Numbered from the stretch's first letter, positions 28,702 to 39,825 are shown. The stretch is 64,000 nucleotides of DNA from Candidatus Helarchaeota archaeon (GCA_019058315.1 JAHPZH010000002.1:941910-1005909); one strand, 5' to 3'. A program made the numbers and translations. Notes: generated by a model not told the origin, from the letters alone.

Positions 28702-29346
28702 TTAAATTTGTCTTTTTAATTCAATCAATACACCGCAATGTTCACATTCACAGGGCGGTAAATATTGTAAGGGTGCTTTACATGATGGACATTTTAAAGC
28801 AGCTAACTCAGATATTTTTATTTTTGAAGGCATTTCAATGAAAAATTTTTCAATTTTTCTGAATAATTCTTTTTGTTTTTCTTTTTCATCTTTTATCTTA
28901 GGATAATCTATTAATTGAACTAAATGTTCCCAAAATTGTAAGGATAGATCATCATAAACATTTACACCCCTTTGATAAAATATCCCATTTTTACTCTTTT
29001 TAGTAACAGTAATTCTTTCAAAAAAGATATAGAATTTCCTTTTGTCTTTAGTTAAGATTTCCAATTGATTTTCCTCGAATTTTGTAGGTTTAATATAAAT
29101 TTTAAGCCTATTAAATGATTCTATTTCGCCTATTGGAATTTTTATTAGATCTAATTTTGTGTCTTTTGGTTTAATTATTAAATCTTGATTTGTTAATTCT
29201 AATCTTGCATTTATTGCTTGCTCTTTAGGAATTATTTGGTTAATTGGTCCTTTCAATGAATATCTAATTTTCCGGTGTTTGAATATTACAAATTTCTCTT
29301 TAGATGATACTATTTCGATATTAGGTGATATTTCTTTTCTCATCAT
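28702..29346 (-). CDS. PH-like domain plus C-terminal zinc-ribbon protein
   Basis: ELTNQDLIIKPK..IPIGEI; LAALKCPSC..CEHCG. Confidence 0.7.
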   Translation of the reverse strand: MMRKEISPNIEIVSSKEKFVIFKHRKIRYSLKGPINQIIPKEQAINARLELTNQDLIIKPKDTKLDLIKIPIGEIESFNRLKIYIKPTKFEENQLEILTKDKRKFYIFFERITVTKKSKNGIFYQRGVNVYDDLSLQFWEHLVQLIDYPKIKDEKEKQKELFRKIEKFFIEMPSKIKISELAALKCPSCKAPLQYLPPCECEHCGVLIELKRQI

Positions 29347-29435
29347 AATCCAGCCCTATTCAAAAGTATTAATTCTGTCAAGAATTATTTTATAGGTATT
29401 AAAAAATCCTCTTAAAATTTTTTAGGAAAATAAAA

Positions 29436-30920
29436 TCATAAATTAAAAGTCGGTCTTTTATCTTGCCAAGGTGCTACTTCTTCAAAAGCTTTTGAAACTT
29501 GAAGCACAGTAACCTCGTCAAACCGCTTTCCGACAATTTGCATTCCAATAGGCAATCCATCGCTATGCCAACCACAGGGGATTGATGCTGCGGGATGCCC
29601 ACTCATATTAAATGGATAAGTATATGAGAGCCATTCACTAGTACCCACCTTTTTCCCATCAATTTCAACTAAATCAAAGAGTGTTTTATCTATCCCAATA
29701 GCTGTACGGCCTACAGTTGGGGTAATTAGTAAATCATATTTCTTAAAATGTCGAGCGATATTATTACAGATCATTTCAATTTGAATTTCCGCCCTTTTTA
29801 TGTCTTTAGCAGAAAATTGTTTTCCTAACTTAACCATTTGAGCTAGGACAGGATCAATCTTATCTTCCCAATCCTTTAATAGACGCATCGCATCCAAAAC
29901 GTAATAAAAACTTGAAGCCCAAACTACTCCTAAAACCATGAAGACATCTCTTATTTTTGGCAATTTTCGACCAAGAACCAATTCCTTAGAGTATGAAAGA
30001 TCGATTAGATCTGATTCTTCTACATCCCAACCAAATTGCTCAAATTTCTCAAGACCATTCAAAATACTTTTTTCAACTTCAGAATCAACTATTTTCGCAG
30101 CTAGGTTCATAGCATAACCGATTTTAAGTTTTTTGGGTGGTGGCTCCTGCATTTTTTCAAGGAAGCTATAGTTAGGTTTAGGAATTGATAATTTATCAGA
30201 GTCATCTTCTCCAACAATAACATCAAGCATCAATGCAGCATCTTTTACGCACCGAACTATTGGACCATTCTGAGTAAATGTTGAGATAGATCCTCCAAGT
30301 CTAGAAAAAAGATGAGGAACACGACCAAAATTAGGTTTAATTCCATAGGTGCCACAAAAGCTACAAGGGACTCTAATTGAACCTCCTCCGTCGCCTCCTA
30401 TAGCTAGAGGTCCTAACCCAGACGCGATTGCTGCGGCGGCACCACCACTCGAACCACCCGGAGTTCTTCCTAAATTCCAAGGGTTTTTTGTAGCCCCAAA
30501 AATTATATTGGTAGTAATGGGGGCATATCCAAAAGGGGGGAGATTGGTCTTCCCTAACATAACAATCCCTGAATTTTTCAACCTAGCAACTGCTATGTCA
30601 TCTTCTGTAGGAATATAACTTTCAAATATTTTACAACCAAAGGTTGATCTAATCCCTTTAGTTTCTAGTTCATCTTTTATAGAAGTTGGAATTCCATGTA
30701 ATAATCCTAATTTTTCACCTTTTTTAACGGCGTTATCAGCATTTTTTGCTGTTTCTCTTGCTAAATCAAATGTTAATGTACAATACGCATTAATAATCGG
30801 GTTAATTTTTTCAATTCTTTCGATAATTACCTCAGTTGCCTCTACAGAGGTCAATTCTTGACTCTTTATTTTCTCTACCATATCGCAGGCAGACATAAAA
30901 CAAATATCTTCTTTTCTCAT
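29436..30920 (-). CDS. Amidase signature family protein
   Basis: GIPTSIKD, GKTN, TPGGSSGG, GGDGGGSIRVP, GLPIGMQIVG. Confidence 0.93.
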   Translation of the reverse strand: MRKEDICFMSACDMVEKIKSQELTSVEATEVIIERIEKINPIINAYCTLTFDLARETAKNADNAVKKGEKLGLLHGIPTSIKDELETKGIRSTFGCKIFESYIPTEDDIAVARLKNSGIVMLGKTNLPPFGYAPITTNIIFGATKNPWNLGRTPGGSSGGAAAAIASGLGPLAIGGDGGGSIRVPCSFCGTYGIKPNFGRVPHLFSRLGGSISTFTQNGPIVRCVKDAALMLDVIVGEDDSDKLSIPKPNYSFLEKMQEPPPKKLKIGYAMNLAAKIVDSEVEKSILNGLEKFEQFGWDVEESDLIDLSYSKELVLGRKLPKIRDVFMVLGVVWASSFYYVLDAMRLLKDWEDKIDPVLAQMVKLGKQFSAKDIKRAEIQIEMICNNIARHFKKYDLLITPTVGRTAIGIDKTLFDLVEIDGKKVGTSEWLSYTYPFNMSGHPAASIPCGWHSDGLPIGMQIVGKRFDEVTVLQVSKAFEEVAPWQDKRPTFNL

Positions 30921-30937
30921 TTCTACATCACAAATTT

Positions 30938-31546
30938 TTAGTTCTGAAATTTATTATACATATTAATTGAAATCATCAATAAAAATGGGTGCATTGTAAA
31001 CACAGCAATCCATTCAATAATAAAAGTATTCACAGAAAGCACAAGAATTAAATTAAATGCTGCTACTACAAAACCATACAGTCCGATGTATTTATTTAAA
31101 TCAGGATGTCTATATACAAATAATCCTCCTAGGGATAAAACTAACACCATGGTTATGAAAAACGTTGTGGACCAAAAACCATGTTCACTCGGAAAATCTT
31201 CTGAAAAGATACCAATCATAATATCAGCAAATGCGGCAAATCCTCCAATTATTTGAATTATAATTAATAATACTCTATCCATTTTATTATCGAGATACCA
31301 TTGATAAAGACCAAAAATAAAAACGAAAAATGCTGAACCAGTTAAAATCTGACCAATATTATATACAATTGCACCATTAGGGTTGTAACTGGAATTGCCC
31401 AGATCACTCAACCAATTATAAAATGGATTAAACGGGTTTGCAAAAGGATTAATTGGATTTGGAAATAACGCCCAAGAGATAAAAGTGGCACTAAAGAAAA
31501 AAATACTGGTAATAAATCCAGCAATACTGCTTATTGGTTTTTTCAT
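30938..31546 (-). CDS. DUF998-family membrane protein
   Basis: FNPFYNWLSDLGN, IGIFSED..H, IEW; multiple TM segments. Confidence 0.75.
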   Translation of the reverse strand: MKKPISSIAGFITSIFFFSATFISWALFPNPINPFANPFNPFYNWLSDLGNSSYNPNGAIVYNIGQILTGSAFFVFIFGLYQWYLDNKMDRVLLIIIQIIGGFAAFADIMIGIFSEDFPSEHGFWSTTFFITMVLVLSLGGLFVYRHPDLNKYIGLYGFVVAAFNLILVLSVNTFIIEWIAVFTMHPFLLMISINMYNKFQN

Positions 31547-31632
31547 TCAAATTCATCCCATTTAATAAATTAACATCTATTATTTTGTTTATTAATATTT
31601 CAGCAGTTAAAAAAAACAAAAAGACAAGTCTT

Positions 31633-32289
31633 TTATTTAGGTTTTAAGGCTTCTCCCAATAATTCATATAATAAAGTTATTATTTCATCTGGCTCTATAT
31701 TTTGCTTTTTTAAGAAATCTGTAGCTCTGATCACGTGTTCAATCATTGCAGAAGATAATAAGGATAATAAAATGCCTAATTTCATAGGATTAATATCTAA
31801 TCTCAATGATTTATCTTCAAATCCTAATCTCATAGTTTCCATAAATATCGCTTGCGTTCTTTTATTTTGATCATCATATTCCTTTACACTCTGGACTTTC
31901 TTATTAAAAAATTCTTCAGATATTCTCGATTCTACCTTAAATAAGAAATCAGCATATCCTGGATTGTTATTACAAAATTCTAAAAATGACATACCAATTA
32001 ATTTCAATTTTTCCCATCCTGTTTTTCCCTTGTTAATTGCCTTATTGAATCCATCATTCATAATATTTAAGCCCTTTGCTAGTATAGCAAGGTATAAATC
32101 TTGCTTGCTTTGAAAATATATATACAAAGTGCCCTTCGCGATTTTTAGATCATCCGCAATTTCCTGCATCTTCGTATTTTCGTATCCTTTATTAAAGAAT
32201 AACTTCTCTGCAGCCTCAATTATCTTGGTTCGTTTTTTTTCTCTCTTTTTTAAACGAATATTATCATTTTTTGAGATCTTATTTGACAT
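31633..32289 (-). CDS. TetR/AcrR family transcriptional regulator
   Basis: IIEAAEKLF..KGYENTKMQEIA..IAKGTLYIYFQSK. Confidence 0.93.
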   Translation of the reverse strand: MSNKISKNDNIRLKKREKKRTKIIEAAEKLFFNKGYENTKMQEIADDLKIAKGTLYIYFQSKQDLYLAILAKGLNIMNDGFNKAINKGKTGWEKLKLIGMSFLEFCNNNPGYADFLFKVESRISEEFFNKKVQSVKEYDDQNKRTQAIFMETMRLGFEDKSLRLDINPMKLGILLSLLSSAMIEHVIRATDFLKKQNIEPDEIITLLYELLGEALKPK

Positions 32290-32313
32290 GATTAAATCAC
32301 TTACATATTATTG

Positions 32314-32371
32314 TGACCAAGGGTCATATTTAAATATGACCGATGGTCATTGTAATTATGACCAAAAGTCA
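32314..32371. promoter_or_regulatory. Three TGACC-N3-GGTCA palindromes, putative TetR operators
   Basis: TGACCAAGGGTCA (32314), TGACCGATGGTCA (32337) and TGACCAAAAGTCA (32359), in the divergent tetR/ferredoxin intergenic region. Confidence 0.75.
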
Positions 32372-32399
32372 TCTAATAAAAAGCACGAGGTGTTGTGAA

Positions 32400-33185
32400 A
32401 TGAATAAGCAAAAATTTAGATTTGGATTGATAATTTTCATGTTTTTAATCTTTCCAATAATAATGAACTATTTTTCACCATATATAATTATTGATGCAAT
32501 AGCTCAAGGCATAATTGCAGGATCGTTCATTACTTTCGTTTCCATGTTCATCGGATCACTATTTTTTGGAAGGTTCTGGTGTGGATGGTTATGTCCTGCT
32601 GGAGGTTTGCAGGAAATATGTTCAAAACGAAAGGATAAACGGGTACCAGCAAAATATAGAAAGATCAAATATTTTATTTGGGTACCTTGGTTAAGTATCA
32701 TCGTTATTTTGGGAGTATTGGCTGGAAGTATCCAAACAATTGATCCATTTTTTAATACGGACTATGGAATCTCAGTAACTAACATACCAATGCTCATTAT
32801 ATATCTTGCAGTTGTCTTTGGAGTTCTTATACTCTCTTTAACTGTTGGAAAACGTGGTTTTTGTCATACGGCATGTTGGATGGCACCTTTTATGATAATG
32901 GGCACGAAAATTAGGAATTATTTCAAAAAATGGCCTTCATACCACCTAGAATGTATATCTGAAAAGTGTAAACAATGCAAAAAATGCGATAGAATATGTC
33001 CTATGAGTTTGGAAGTTTCAAAGATGGTGCTGGACGGTTGTATGGATAATGTAGAATGCATTCAATGCGGAACTTGTGTAGCAAATTGTCCCCAAGCAGC
33101 AATTACGACTGCTTGGAAATGGAAAAAGAAAACAAAAACTACGGAATTAAGTCAAAAAATTCCCATTGTTGTTACAATTAAATAA
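32400..33185 (+). CDS. Membrane 4Fe-4S binding protein (NapH/MauN-like polyferredoxin)
   Basis: GRFWCGWLCPAG, RGFCHTACW and two CxxCxxCxxxCP motifs. ATG 32400 after GAGGTG preferred over 32343. Confidence 0.88.
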   Translation: MNKQKFRFGLIIFMFLIFPIIMNYFSPYIIIDAIAQGIIAGSFITFVSMFIGSLFFGRFWCGWLCPAGGLQEICSKRKDKRVPAKYRKIKYFIWVPWLSIIVILGVLAGSIQTIDPFFNTDYGISVTNIPMLIIYLAVVFGVLILSLTVGKRGFCHTACWMAPFMIMGTKIRNYFKKWPSYHLECISEKCKQCKKCDRICPMSLEVSKMVLDGCMDNVECIQCGTCVANCPQAAITTAWKWKKKTKTTELSQKIPIVVTIK

Positions 33186-33226
33186 TTTAAATTTTTTCTT
33201 TTATTTCTTTGAAATAGATTGGTATT

Positions 33227-33643
33227 TTAATCTTCTTTAAATATCCTGTAATAATTCGTTTTTAAAGAGGGAAAAGAATAAATCTTAACATTTGGAAGAT
33301 ATTTTTTTATTTTCTGCTTAATCTTGCAATTATAATTAACAGGTTGATTACAATTGAACACTCCGATCTTTTTTATGGCATTAGGGGCACCTTTATTTAG
33401 GAGTTTGCCTAATTTTTTAATGTATGCAGATGTTTTTTGGAAATAACAAGGCCACTTGCAATCGTGGGTTGGGGTAACGACCAAGATCATTTCAGGGTCA
33501 AAATTAATAAGTTCTCGTGGATTTTTATTGTGTACTTTAAAAAGTTCAACCTTATTGCCATTAATTTTAACTTGATGAGTTAAGAATTGCGCTAAATGCT
33601 CAGTTTCTTCAAATTTATTTTCATAAAATATTGCAATTTTCAT
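33227..33643 (-). CDS. Flavodoxin-like protein (divergent, possibly truncated)
   Basis: MKIAIFYENKFEETEHLA..ILVVTPTH. Confidence 0.55.
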   Translation of the reverse strand: MKIAIFYENKFEETEHLAQFLTHQVKINGNKVELFKVHNKNPRELINFDPEMILVVTPTHDCKWPCYFQKTSAYIKKLGKLLNKGAPNAIKKIGVFNCNQPVNYNCKIKQKIKKYLPNVKIYSFPSLKTNYYRIFKED

Positions 33644-33919
33644 TAAATCACCTTTTTAATAATCAATCTAAAATATCGACTTCTAATTTTTGCCTATTTA
33701 GTAATTGAGCGAAATTTAAATATATATTCATGTTCTCCCTTCATTAACAAAACGTAATTGAAGTATCCTCGTTTTATGTGGTCTATTCAACTTGTTGGAG
33801 AAAAATGATAAGTTATATAGTGCTTTTTTCCACCTTCTCGTAATAAAATAACACATTTTCAAAGGCAAAATTGCAGTATTTTCTACCTAAAATTAAACTT
33901 AGAATAATATTGGGGAAAA

Positions 33920-34240
33920 ATGAATGTTATTCAAGCATCAAAAATCAACATGGTGAAAAAAATGGAATGGAAAGAAACAATAAATAAAATTCTGAAATTT
34001 TTTCTACTAGTATTATACTTGACGTTGGTCATTGCACTCGTTGTTGCTCCAATAGCACCTGCAATCATGACTTTGATTCCTGCTCAAGCAAGCAAGCCAA
34101 ATTACTTAGGTTACTATTCCATCTGCTCGTTTACTCCTTTCAGTACAATAATTTTATTGTTACTTATCGTTATAGGAGTGGTTCTGCTGGTAAAAACCAA
34201 ACCAATACATCGAGTAATTAAAATTTTTAAAAGTGAGTAG
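33920..34240 (+). CDS. Small membrane protein
   Basis: ASKPNYLGYYSICSFTPFST between two TM segments; true start may be 33962. Confidence 0.65.
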   Translation: MNVIQASKINMVKKMEWKETINKILKFFLLVLYLTLVIALVVAPIAPAIMTLIPAQASKPNYLGYYSICSFTPFSTIILLLLIVIGVVLLVKTKPIHRVIKIFKSE

Positions 34241-34302
34241 CCAAAAAATTACAGAAAAAAAACCTTCAATAACTTTATTTTTTTTAATATCTCATTTAAT
34301 GT

Positions 34303-35214
34303 ATGGATGAAATAGATTTCAAGATTAATTTATTATTAATGCTCAATTCAAGGTTATCCTATAGAGAACTAGCAGATCACTTGGATTTGACGGTAAATGC
34401 AGTATACAAGCGTGTGCAAGCATTAGTCGAATTAGGCATAATTCAGAAATTTACTGCAAGAATAAAGCCGGCTGCGTTAAACGCCATCTATAGCCTCATT
34501 TTTGGTAAAAGTGAGGTAACTGACTTAAATCAAGTAATAGCAAAACTGGGTAACCACCAAAATACTGCACAAATTATGTTATCAAGTAGAAATTATGTTT
34601 ATATTGGAGGTTATTTAAAAAATATTCATGATTTAGAAGATTACTCATCCTTTATCTCACAAACTGCGAAAATAGAATCCCCCAAAATTGGCTTTCTTCA
34701 TAGGGTTTACTCAGCATCTCCGATTTCATATACAATTCCCCAGTCAAGCTCTCTAAATCTAGATGAGTTAGATCGAGCTATAATTCAATCCTTACATGAT
34801 GATTCACGAAAACCCATATCTGAAGTAGCTGAAATTGTAAATAGAACACCAAATACTGTTCGCAGAAGATTATCTAGAATGTTGGAGGAGGGATCGATTG
34901 ATTTGACTATTAATTTTAACCCTATATCATCAAATGACATTTTCTCATTATTTCAAATAACCTTAAAACCTTCTGTAGACAAGCATGAAGTTGCCCAACT
35001 TATCCTTGACAATTATAAACCCAATATCTTCTTTATTTGGACTTTTAGCAATCTTCCAAATTTAATAACATGTTTTGTTTGGTGTAATACCATGAAACAA
35101 CTTCATGAAATGATTGAGGGGTTGAAAAAAGAAAAAGTAGAATCTATAATTCCTGATGTGCTTTATGAAGGACTGTTTTTTGATACATGGATAGATAAAC
35201 TATTTTCTTTATAG
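34303..35214 (+). CDS. Tandem Lrp/AsnC-type HTH transcriptional regulator
   Basis: Two AsnC HTH domains: MDEIDFKI..NSRLSYRELA and LDELDRAII..DSRKPISEVA. Confidence 0.88.
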   Translation: MDEIDFKINLLLMLNSRLSYRELADHLDLTVNAVYKRVQALVELGIIQKFTARIKPAALNAIYSLIFGKSEVTDLNQVIAKLGNHQNTAQIMLSSRNYVYIGGYLKNIHDLEDYSSFISQTAKIESPKIGFLHRVYSASPISYTIPQSSSLNLDELDRAIIQSLHDDSRKPISEVAEIVNRTPNTVRRRLSRMLEEGSIDLTINFNPISSNDIFSLFQITLKPSVDKHEVAQLILDNYKPNIFFIWTFSNLPNLITCFVWCNTMKQLHEMIEGLKKEKVESIIPDVLYEGLFFDTWIDKLFSL

Positions 35215-35449
35215 AAATTTGAAGTTAGAAAATTACAATTTAATTATTTCTTGCTTAAATAAATTAGAAATTTCTGTTGAAATATCAATAAATTAGGTTT
35301 CTATTTAAAACTTTTTTACACCATCAAGAAACTTATAAATCTCTAAATTATATTAATTTATTAAAATCCCCGGAATACTATAAAAACCAGTTTACGATGA
35401 AGAATTTCAACATTAAATTGTTTTTTTATATTTAAAGGAGTGGTTTTAT

Positions 35450-36394
35450 TTGTATTTAAATGAAAATTCAATTTTACGGTCTATAACGGTAGATAATTTT
35501 CGCCGTGCAATTCCAATGTGGTTCAGGTCACAGAAAAGGAAGTTTTTAAAAGCCCCTATGTGGACAAATTACGATCTTACTTACAAATGTAATTTACGTT
35601 GTGAACATTGCTACTTTCATAAAGCAGTGGAGGAAAAGCGAATACAAGGTAAGCCATTAAACGATTTAACGAATGCACAATGGATTAAAATATTCAAGTA
35701 TCATCGATCAATAGGAATTCATTCTGCTACTTTTACAGGAGGGGAACCAACGCTACGAATGAACCTCCTATTTGAAGCTAAGAAAATCTTTGATAATATT
35801 CAAATAATTACTAATGGACTTATAAAAATACCAGAATTTCCTGGGAAGCAGCCTGTTATTTGGACATCGTTGGATGGAGGATCTGAAACACATAATGCAA
35901 TACGTAGAGCCGAAATTTTTGATCGGGTTATTGAAAACGTCCAAGATGATAAGCGAATTTATCTAATTTGTACTGTTAGTTCCTCTAATTATGATGAAAT
36001 TGGCGAGGTTGCAAAAATAGCTCATGATGCGAATACAGGCGGACTATTCTACAATTTCTATACGGGATATCCTAAAGATCCCTTACTATTAAAAGGAAAA
36101 TCCTTACAAAAGACAATAAAGGAACTTACCAAAGCAATGGCAGACTATGGTGATTATATATTATTATCTAAGAAAATGATAGAAACATATATTAAAAAAT
36201 CACATGTTAAAGACTGTTTTTTTAAAAATGGGGAGGTACAAAGCTTTTTTCCTAATGGAAGAAGAAAATTTTGTGTCATGGGAAATACACCTGCCCTTTG
36301 TGCTAATTGTGGTTGCGTAGTTCCCATTGTAGCGCACTGCTTAAAAAAATTCGATCCTGAAACAATCGAGAAATTCAAAAAAATTCCGTTTTAA
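35450..36394 (+). CDS. Radical SAM protein
   Basis: CNLRCEHCYF, TGGEP, TNG, SLDG; C-terminal Cys cluster. Confidence 0.9.
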   Translation: MYLNENSILRSITVDNFRRAIPMWFRSQKRKFLKAPMWTNYDLTYKCNLRCEHCYFHKAVEEKRIQGKPLNDLTNAQWIKIFKYHRSIGIHSATFTGGEPTLRMNLLFEAKKIFDNIQIITNGLIKIPEFPGKQPVIWTSLDGGSETHNAIRRAEIFDRVIENVQDDKRIYLICTVSSSNYDEIGEVAKIAHDANTGGLFYNFYTGYPKDPLLLKGKSLQKTIKELTKAMADYGDYILLSKKMIETYIKKSHVKDCFFKNGEVQSFFPNGRRKFCVMGNTPALCANCGCVVPIVAHCLKKFDPETIEKFKKIPF

Positions 36395-36450
36395 TTTAAA
36401 AATTTCTCTAAATTCTCGTTCTTAATATCGATGAAAAAAAAGGTTTATTT

Positions 36451-39400
36451 TTAAAAATATTTTGGAATAAATTTTATGATTTTAGAAAAAGTCGATATTT
36501 TTCCAGAAAATGACTCCAGTTCTTCTGAATAAAAGTCTTCAACTTCATTAAGCAAATTTAATAATTTATTTCTTAATATATTCAAATTTTCTTCTGTTAT
36601 TAAAGCAACGGTAATATATTTACCATACTCAAAAAGTATTGTTACTTCTTCTTGTTCAATAATTTTAATTTTTGTCTGATTTTCAGTTAATTCTTGGATT
36701 AATGAAGATAATCCCATTAAACCTCCAGTAACCAAGCCAGGTGAAACTTCTTTATCCTTTCTAAATGAATGATCAAAGATACATACTCCTTGTGGCATGT
36801 AAAAATAAATATGGAGGATTCTATCCTTCCAATTAGCTTCTGATTCTGCTAGTTTATCGATGTTCTGCATTTCCCGAATATTCGTTGAGGAACTAATTTC
36901 GAGTGGACAAGAAGGTGCAGAAATTCCAACACTACTCTCAGAAATTAAGGGTTTTTCAATGAGATTTAATGCTGATGTTAGAATCATTTGTTCATTTTTT
37001 ATTAATTTCAGATATTTTAAGATTTCTTGTCTCCTTTTAATATATCCCGCATTTCCAAAAATATCAAGGGCACTATTAAGATAGTTTGTTGCTATGCTTA
37101 GATAATGATTCTTTTTATAATGATCTGTTTCATTATCTGATTGAATGATATGCCAAATACCATCAAAAAAAGTAGATGTTGCAATAGCCCATTTGGATTC
37201 TTGCGTAAAGCCCCCCAATTCGTAGTTCTTCGCTGAATCCCTCAAAAACATCTTAATTTTTTTGTAATATTCAGTCTTATCATCAAAATCTTTAGTTCTA
37301 TCAAATAAAGTCCCATATTGAATTGCAGAACAATAGGAAGAATTTCCTAAAGATAATTTTTTCATTCTATTTTCTGGAAAGATATTACTCGCTTTTTCAA
37401 ATAATTCCGAAGCACTTTTATAAAGGTCCGATTTCTGTTCAAAATCTGCTCGTTCCATCTGTTCCCAAGCCCTACATAAATAAAATATTGCGGTTAACTC
37501 CTCTTTTTCTCGTTGTAGTCTAAAAGTTTGGCATAATTTTTCAAAGAGAGAACTAGCCCTTACATATAATTCTGCTGCGAGTATTCGATTGCCTCTCAAA
37601 CTTTCCAACCTTGCCGTTTCTATCTGATAACGTGCATTACAATAGATCTCCCTGATCTGCGCCACCTGAATTAACTTCTTGAGTCTATCTATGACTTCAG
37701 GAGGTTTACCATCGGAAAGATATAAACTGATGATTTTAATTGCTTCTTCAAATTTCCTATTAGCAGCTTGATATTTCTCTGCCGATTCTTGGTGCTTATT
37801 TTCCTTGCTAAAACTTTCTGCTTTCTCTAAAATACTCCATGCACTATAAAATGCTGCTTCATAATTATATCCAGGAATTTTTTCTAAAATCGAGCTTGCT
37901 TTTTCATATTTTAATTGCGCATTATTATGATCTTCAACAATATGATACGATTTTGCAGTTTCAATTAGATTCCAAGCAGTCATGTAATCTTTTTCTTTTT
38001 CAATCTTTTGTACTAATTCAGTATGTGTGAGTGTAGCAATCGCTTTATCAAATGAATCGATTGCGTTCTTATAATTCACTGCTGCAGAAACGAAATTCCC
38101 TAATCTATCGTCTATTTGTGCTATTTGAATAAATCCAGATCCCATTAAATTGAAATATCCTTTATCTTTACAAAATTTAATAGCTTCTGTATAAGAATGA
38201 TATGATTCCTTGAAAATTTCAGCATCTTCTGTTAATCGTCCTATTTCATGATAAGAATCTCCTATTAAAAATAGGTTTTCAATATGAAATATAGCGACAA
38301 TCATCTTTTTGCTTTGTGTTAAATATTCTACCACATATTTATGGTATTCCAATTTTTCCGATATTTTTAATGCGTTTTTAGCCAATAACATTGCCGTTCT
38401 AGATGCACAAAACAAAAATCCAGAATAATAAAAGTAAGTATTAAATAGATTGGGATTTTGATAATCTTTAACTTCGTTAAAAATGTCCGCTGCAATTTTA
38501 AGGTGCTTTTGCCTTTCATTTTCATCCTTAAGTAAGTCCCCTAAGATCGTATTTACAGTACTCATTTCTACTTTAAATAATAAATTATATATTTTATGAT
38601 TTGGGTCATTTACAATAGATACCTTACTCTGAGCTAACTGGAGTAGTTCTAAAATCCTTTTTGCTAATTCAAGACGCTGGATCTCAGGAGATGAACGATT
38701 AAGAGCTCCAACTAAAAAGACTCCTGCAGTATAAAGGAGATTATGGGCTCCCAAAGTCTTAGGATATAATAATGTTGATGAAGCAATACAATGGGTTAAA
38801 TCATCTGTTATAAATTTAAAATCTTCTGCTGAAAATCCTAAATCTATTAAAAATATTGCAGTAGTGTATCTGGTGTAATAAAATAAAACCAAAGGATTAT
38901 GTGCACCAATACTTGGTAATAATTTTACTCCACTTCCAAGCCATTTCTGAGCTTTCTTTAACCATTTCTTTTGTTCAAATATATTTTTTGCATAATATGT
39001 CGAAAATGCTGAAAATGTCCATGAATAGAATGTATAAGCATAAAAAAGACTAAGAGTATTTGCTGAATTTTTGAATTTTTCAATCATTTCTTCAAACATT
39101 TCTTGCATTTTGTATAAAAACTGTTCAAGGTTTAAATATTCAGATGGTAGAAAGTGAGTAGTCCAATGGGTAAATTCCATGATACTATCAATTAGATAAT
39201 AAAGGTAAATGTCGGAAAATTCTTTTTGTTTTTTAATGTCATCCCATATTGAAGCCAATAAATTATCAAATTCTAAAACCATTTCCTTTAAATCTGCTTT
39301 TTCATCGATTTTGATAAGTTTTCCACCAATAAGTGAACTTAATGCCCGATTTTCTAATATTGCATTTTTTAACGATTCATTCGGATTTCCCTTTTCTAAA

Positions 39401-39825
39401 TTAATTATTTTTGATTTACAGAATAATTTTTTTGCATTAAGTAATAAAATCTCTTCTGATTCAAGGTTAGATTCAATAATACTCTTTATTAAATTTATCA
39501 AACCTGAACAAGCATTCATTTTTTCCTCAATTTTTAATTCTTCAAATATTTTTAATGCTTCCTGAAAACTTGAAATTGATAATTGGAATTCTTTTAAGAT
39601 ATCTTCATCCTTTTTTCCATAATCTGCAGCTATCTGATGGATTTCACCTAGATTATAGCAGATTTCACCCCTTGATTTCATTAATTCCTTATTTTTGCAG
39701 ATTTTCTTAGCCTTTTCCATAAGCTCTATTGCATTTTCCCAATTATAAACTTTCTTTTCTTGTTCAGCTTTTAGCAATAACTCTTCTATTTGTTTTTGAT
39801 TTTCCGATAGTGAATTATTTGACAT
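36451..39825 (-). CDS. Large TPR/alpha-solenoid protein with C-terminal longin-like domain
   Basis: Helical repeats, then GVCIFDHSF..PGLVTGGLMGLSSLIQE..FEYGKY. Confidence 0.8.
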   Translation of the reverse strand: MSNNSLSENQKQIEELLLKAEQEKKVYNWENAIELMEKAKKICKNKELMKSRGEICYNLGEIHQIAADYGKKDEDILKEFQLSISSFQEALKIFEELKIEEKMNACSGLINLIKSIIESNLESEEILLLNAKKLFCKSKIINLEKGNPNESLKNAILENRALSSLIGGKLIKIDEKADLKEMVLEFDNLLASIWDDIKKQKEFSDIYLYYLIDSIMEFTHWTTHFLPSEYLNLEQFLYKMQEMFEEMIEKFKNSANTLSLFYAYTFYSWTFSAFSTYYAKNIFEQKKWLKKAQKWLGSGVKLLPSIGAHNPLVLFYYTRYTTAIFLIDLGFSAEDFKFITDDLTHCIASSTLLYPKTLGAHNLLYTAGVFLVGALNRSSPEIQRLELAKRILELLQLAQSKVSIVNDPNHKIYNLLFKVEMSTVNTILGDLLKDENERQKHLKIAADIFNEVKDYQNPNLFNTYFYYSGFLFCASRTAMLLAKNALKISEKLEYHKYVVEYLTQSKKMIVAIFHIENLFLIGDSYHEIGRLTEDAEIFKESYHSYTEAIKFCKDKGYFNLMGSGFIQIAQIDDRLGNFVSAAVNYKNAIDSFDKAIATLTHTELVQKIEKEKDYMTAWNLIETAKSYHIVEDHNNAQLKYEKASSILEKIPGYNYEAAFYSAWSILEKAESFSKENKHQESAEKYQAANRKFEEAIKIISLYLSDGKPPEVIDRLKKLIQVAQIREIYCNARYQIETARLESLRGNRILAAELYVRASSLFEKLCQTFRLQREKEELTAIFYLCRAWEQMERADFEQKSDLYKSASELFEKASNIFPENRMKKLSLGNSSYCSAIQYGTLFDRTKDFDDKTEYYKKIKMFLRDSAKNYELGGFTQESKWAIATSTFFDGIWHIIQSDNETDHYKKNHYLSIATNYLNSALDIFGNAGYIKRRQEILKYLKLIKNEQMILTSALNLIEKPLISESSVGISAPSCPLEISSSTNIREMQNIDKLAESEANWKDRILHIYFYMPQGVCIFDHSFRKDKEVSPGLVTGGLMGLSSLIQELTENQTKIKIIEQEEVTILFEYGKYITVALITEENLNILRNKLLNLLNEVEDFYSEELESFSGKISTFSKIIKFIPKYF

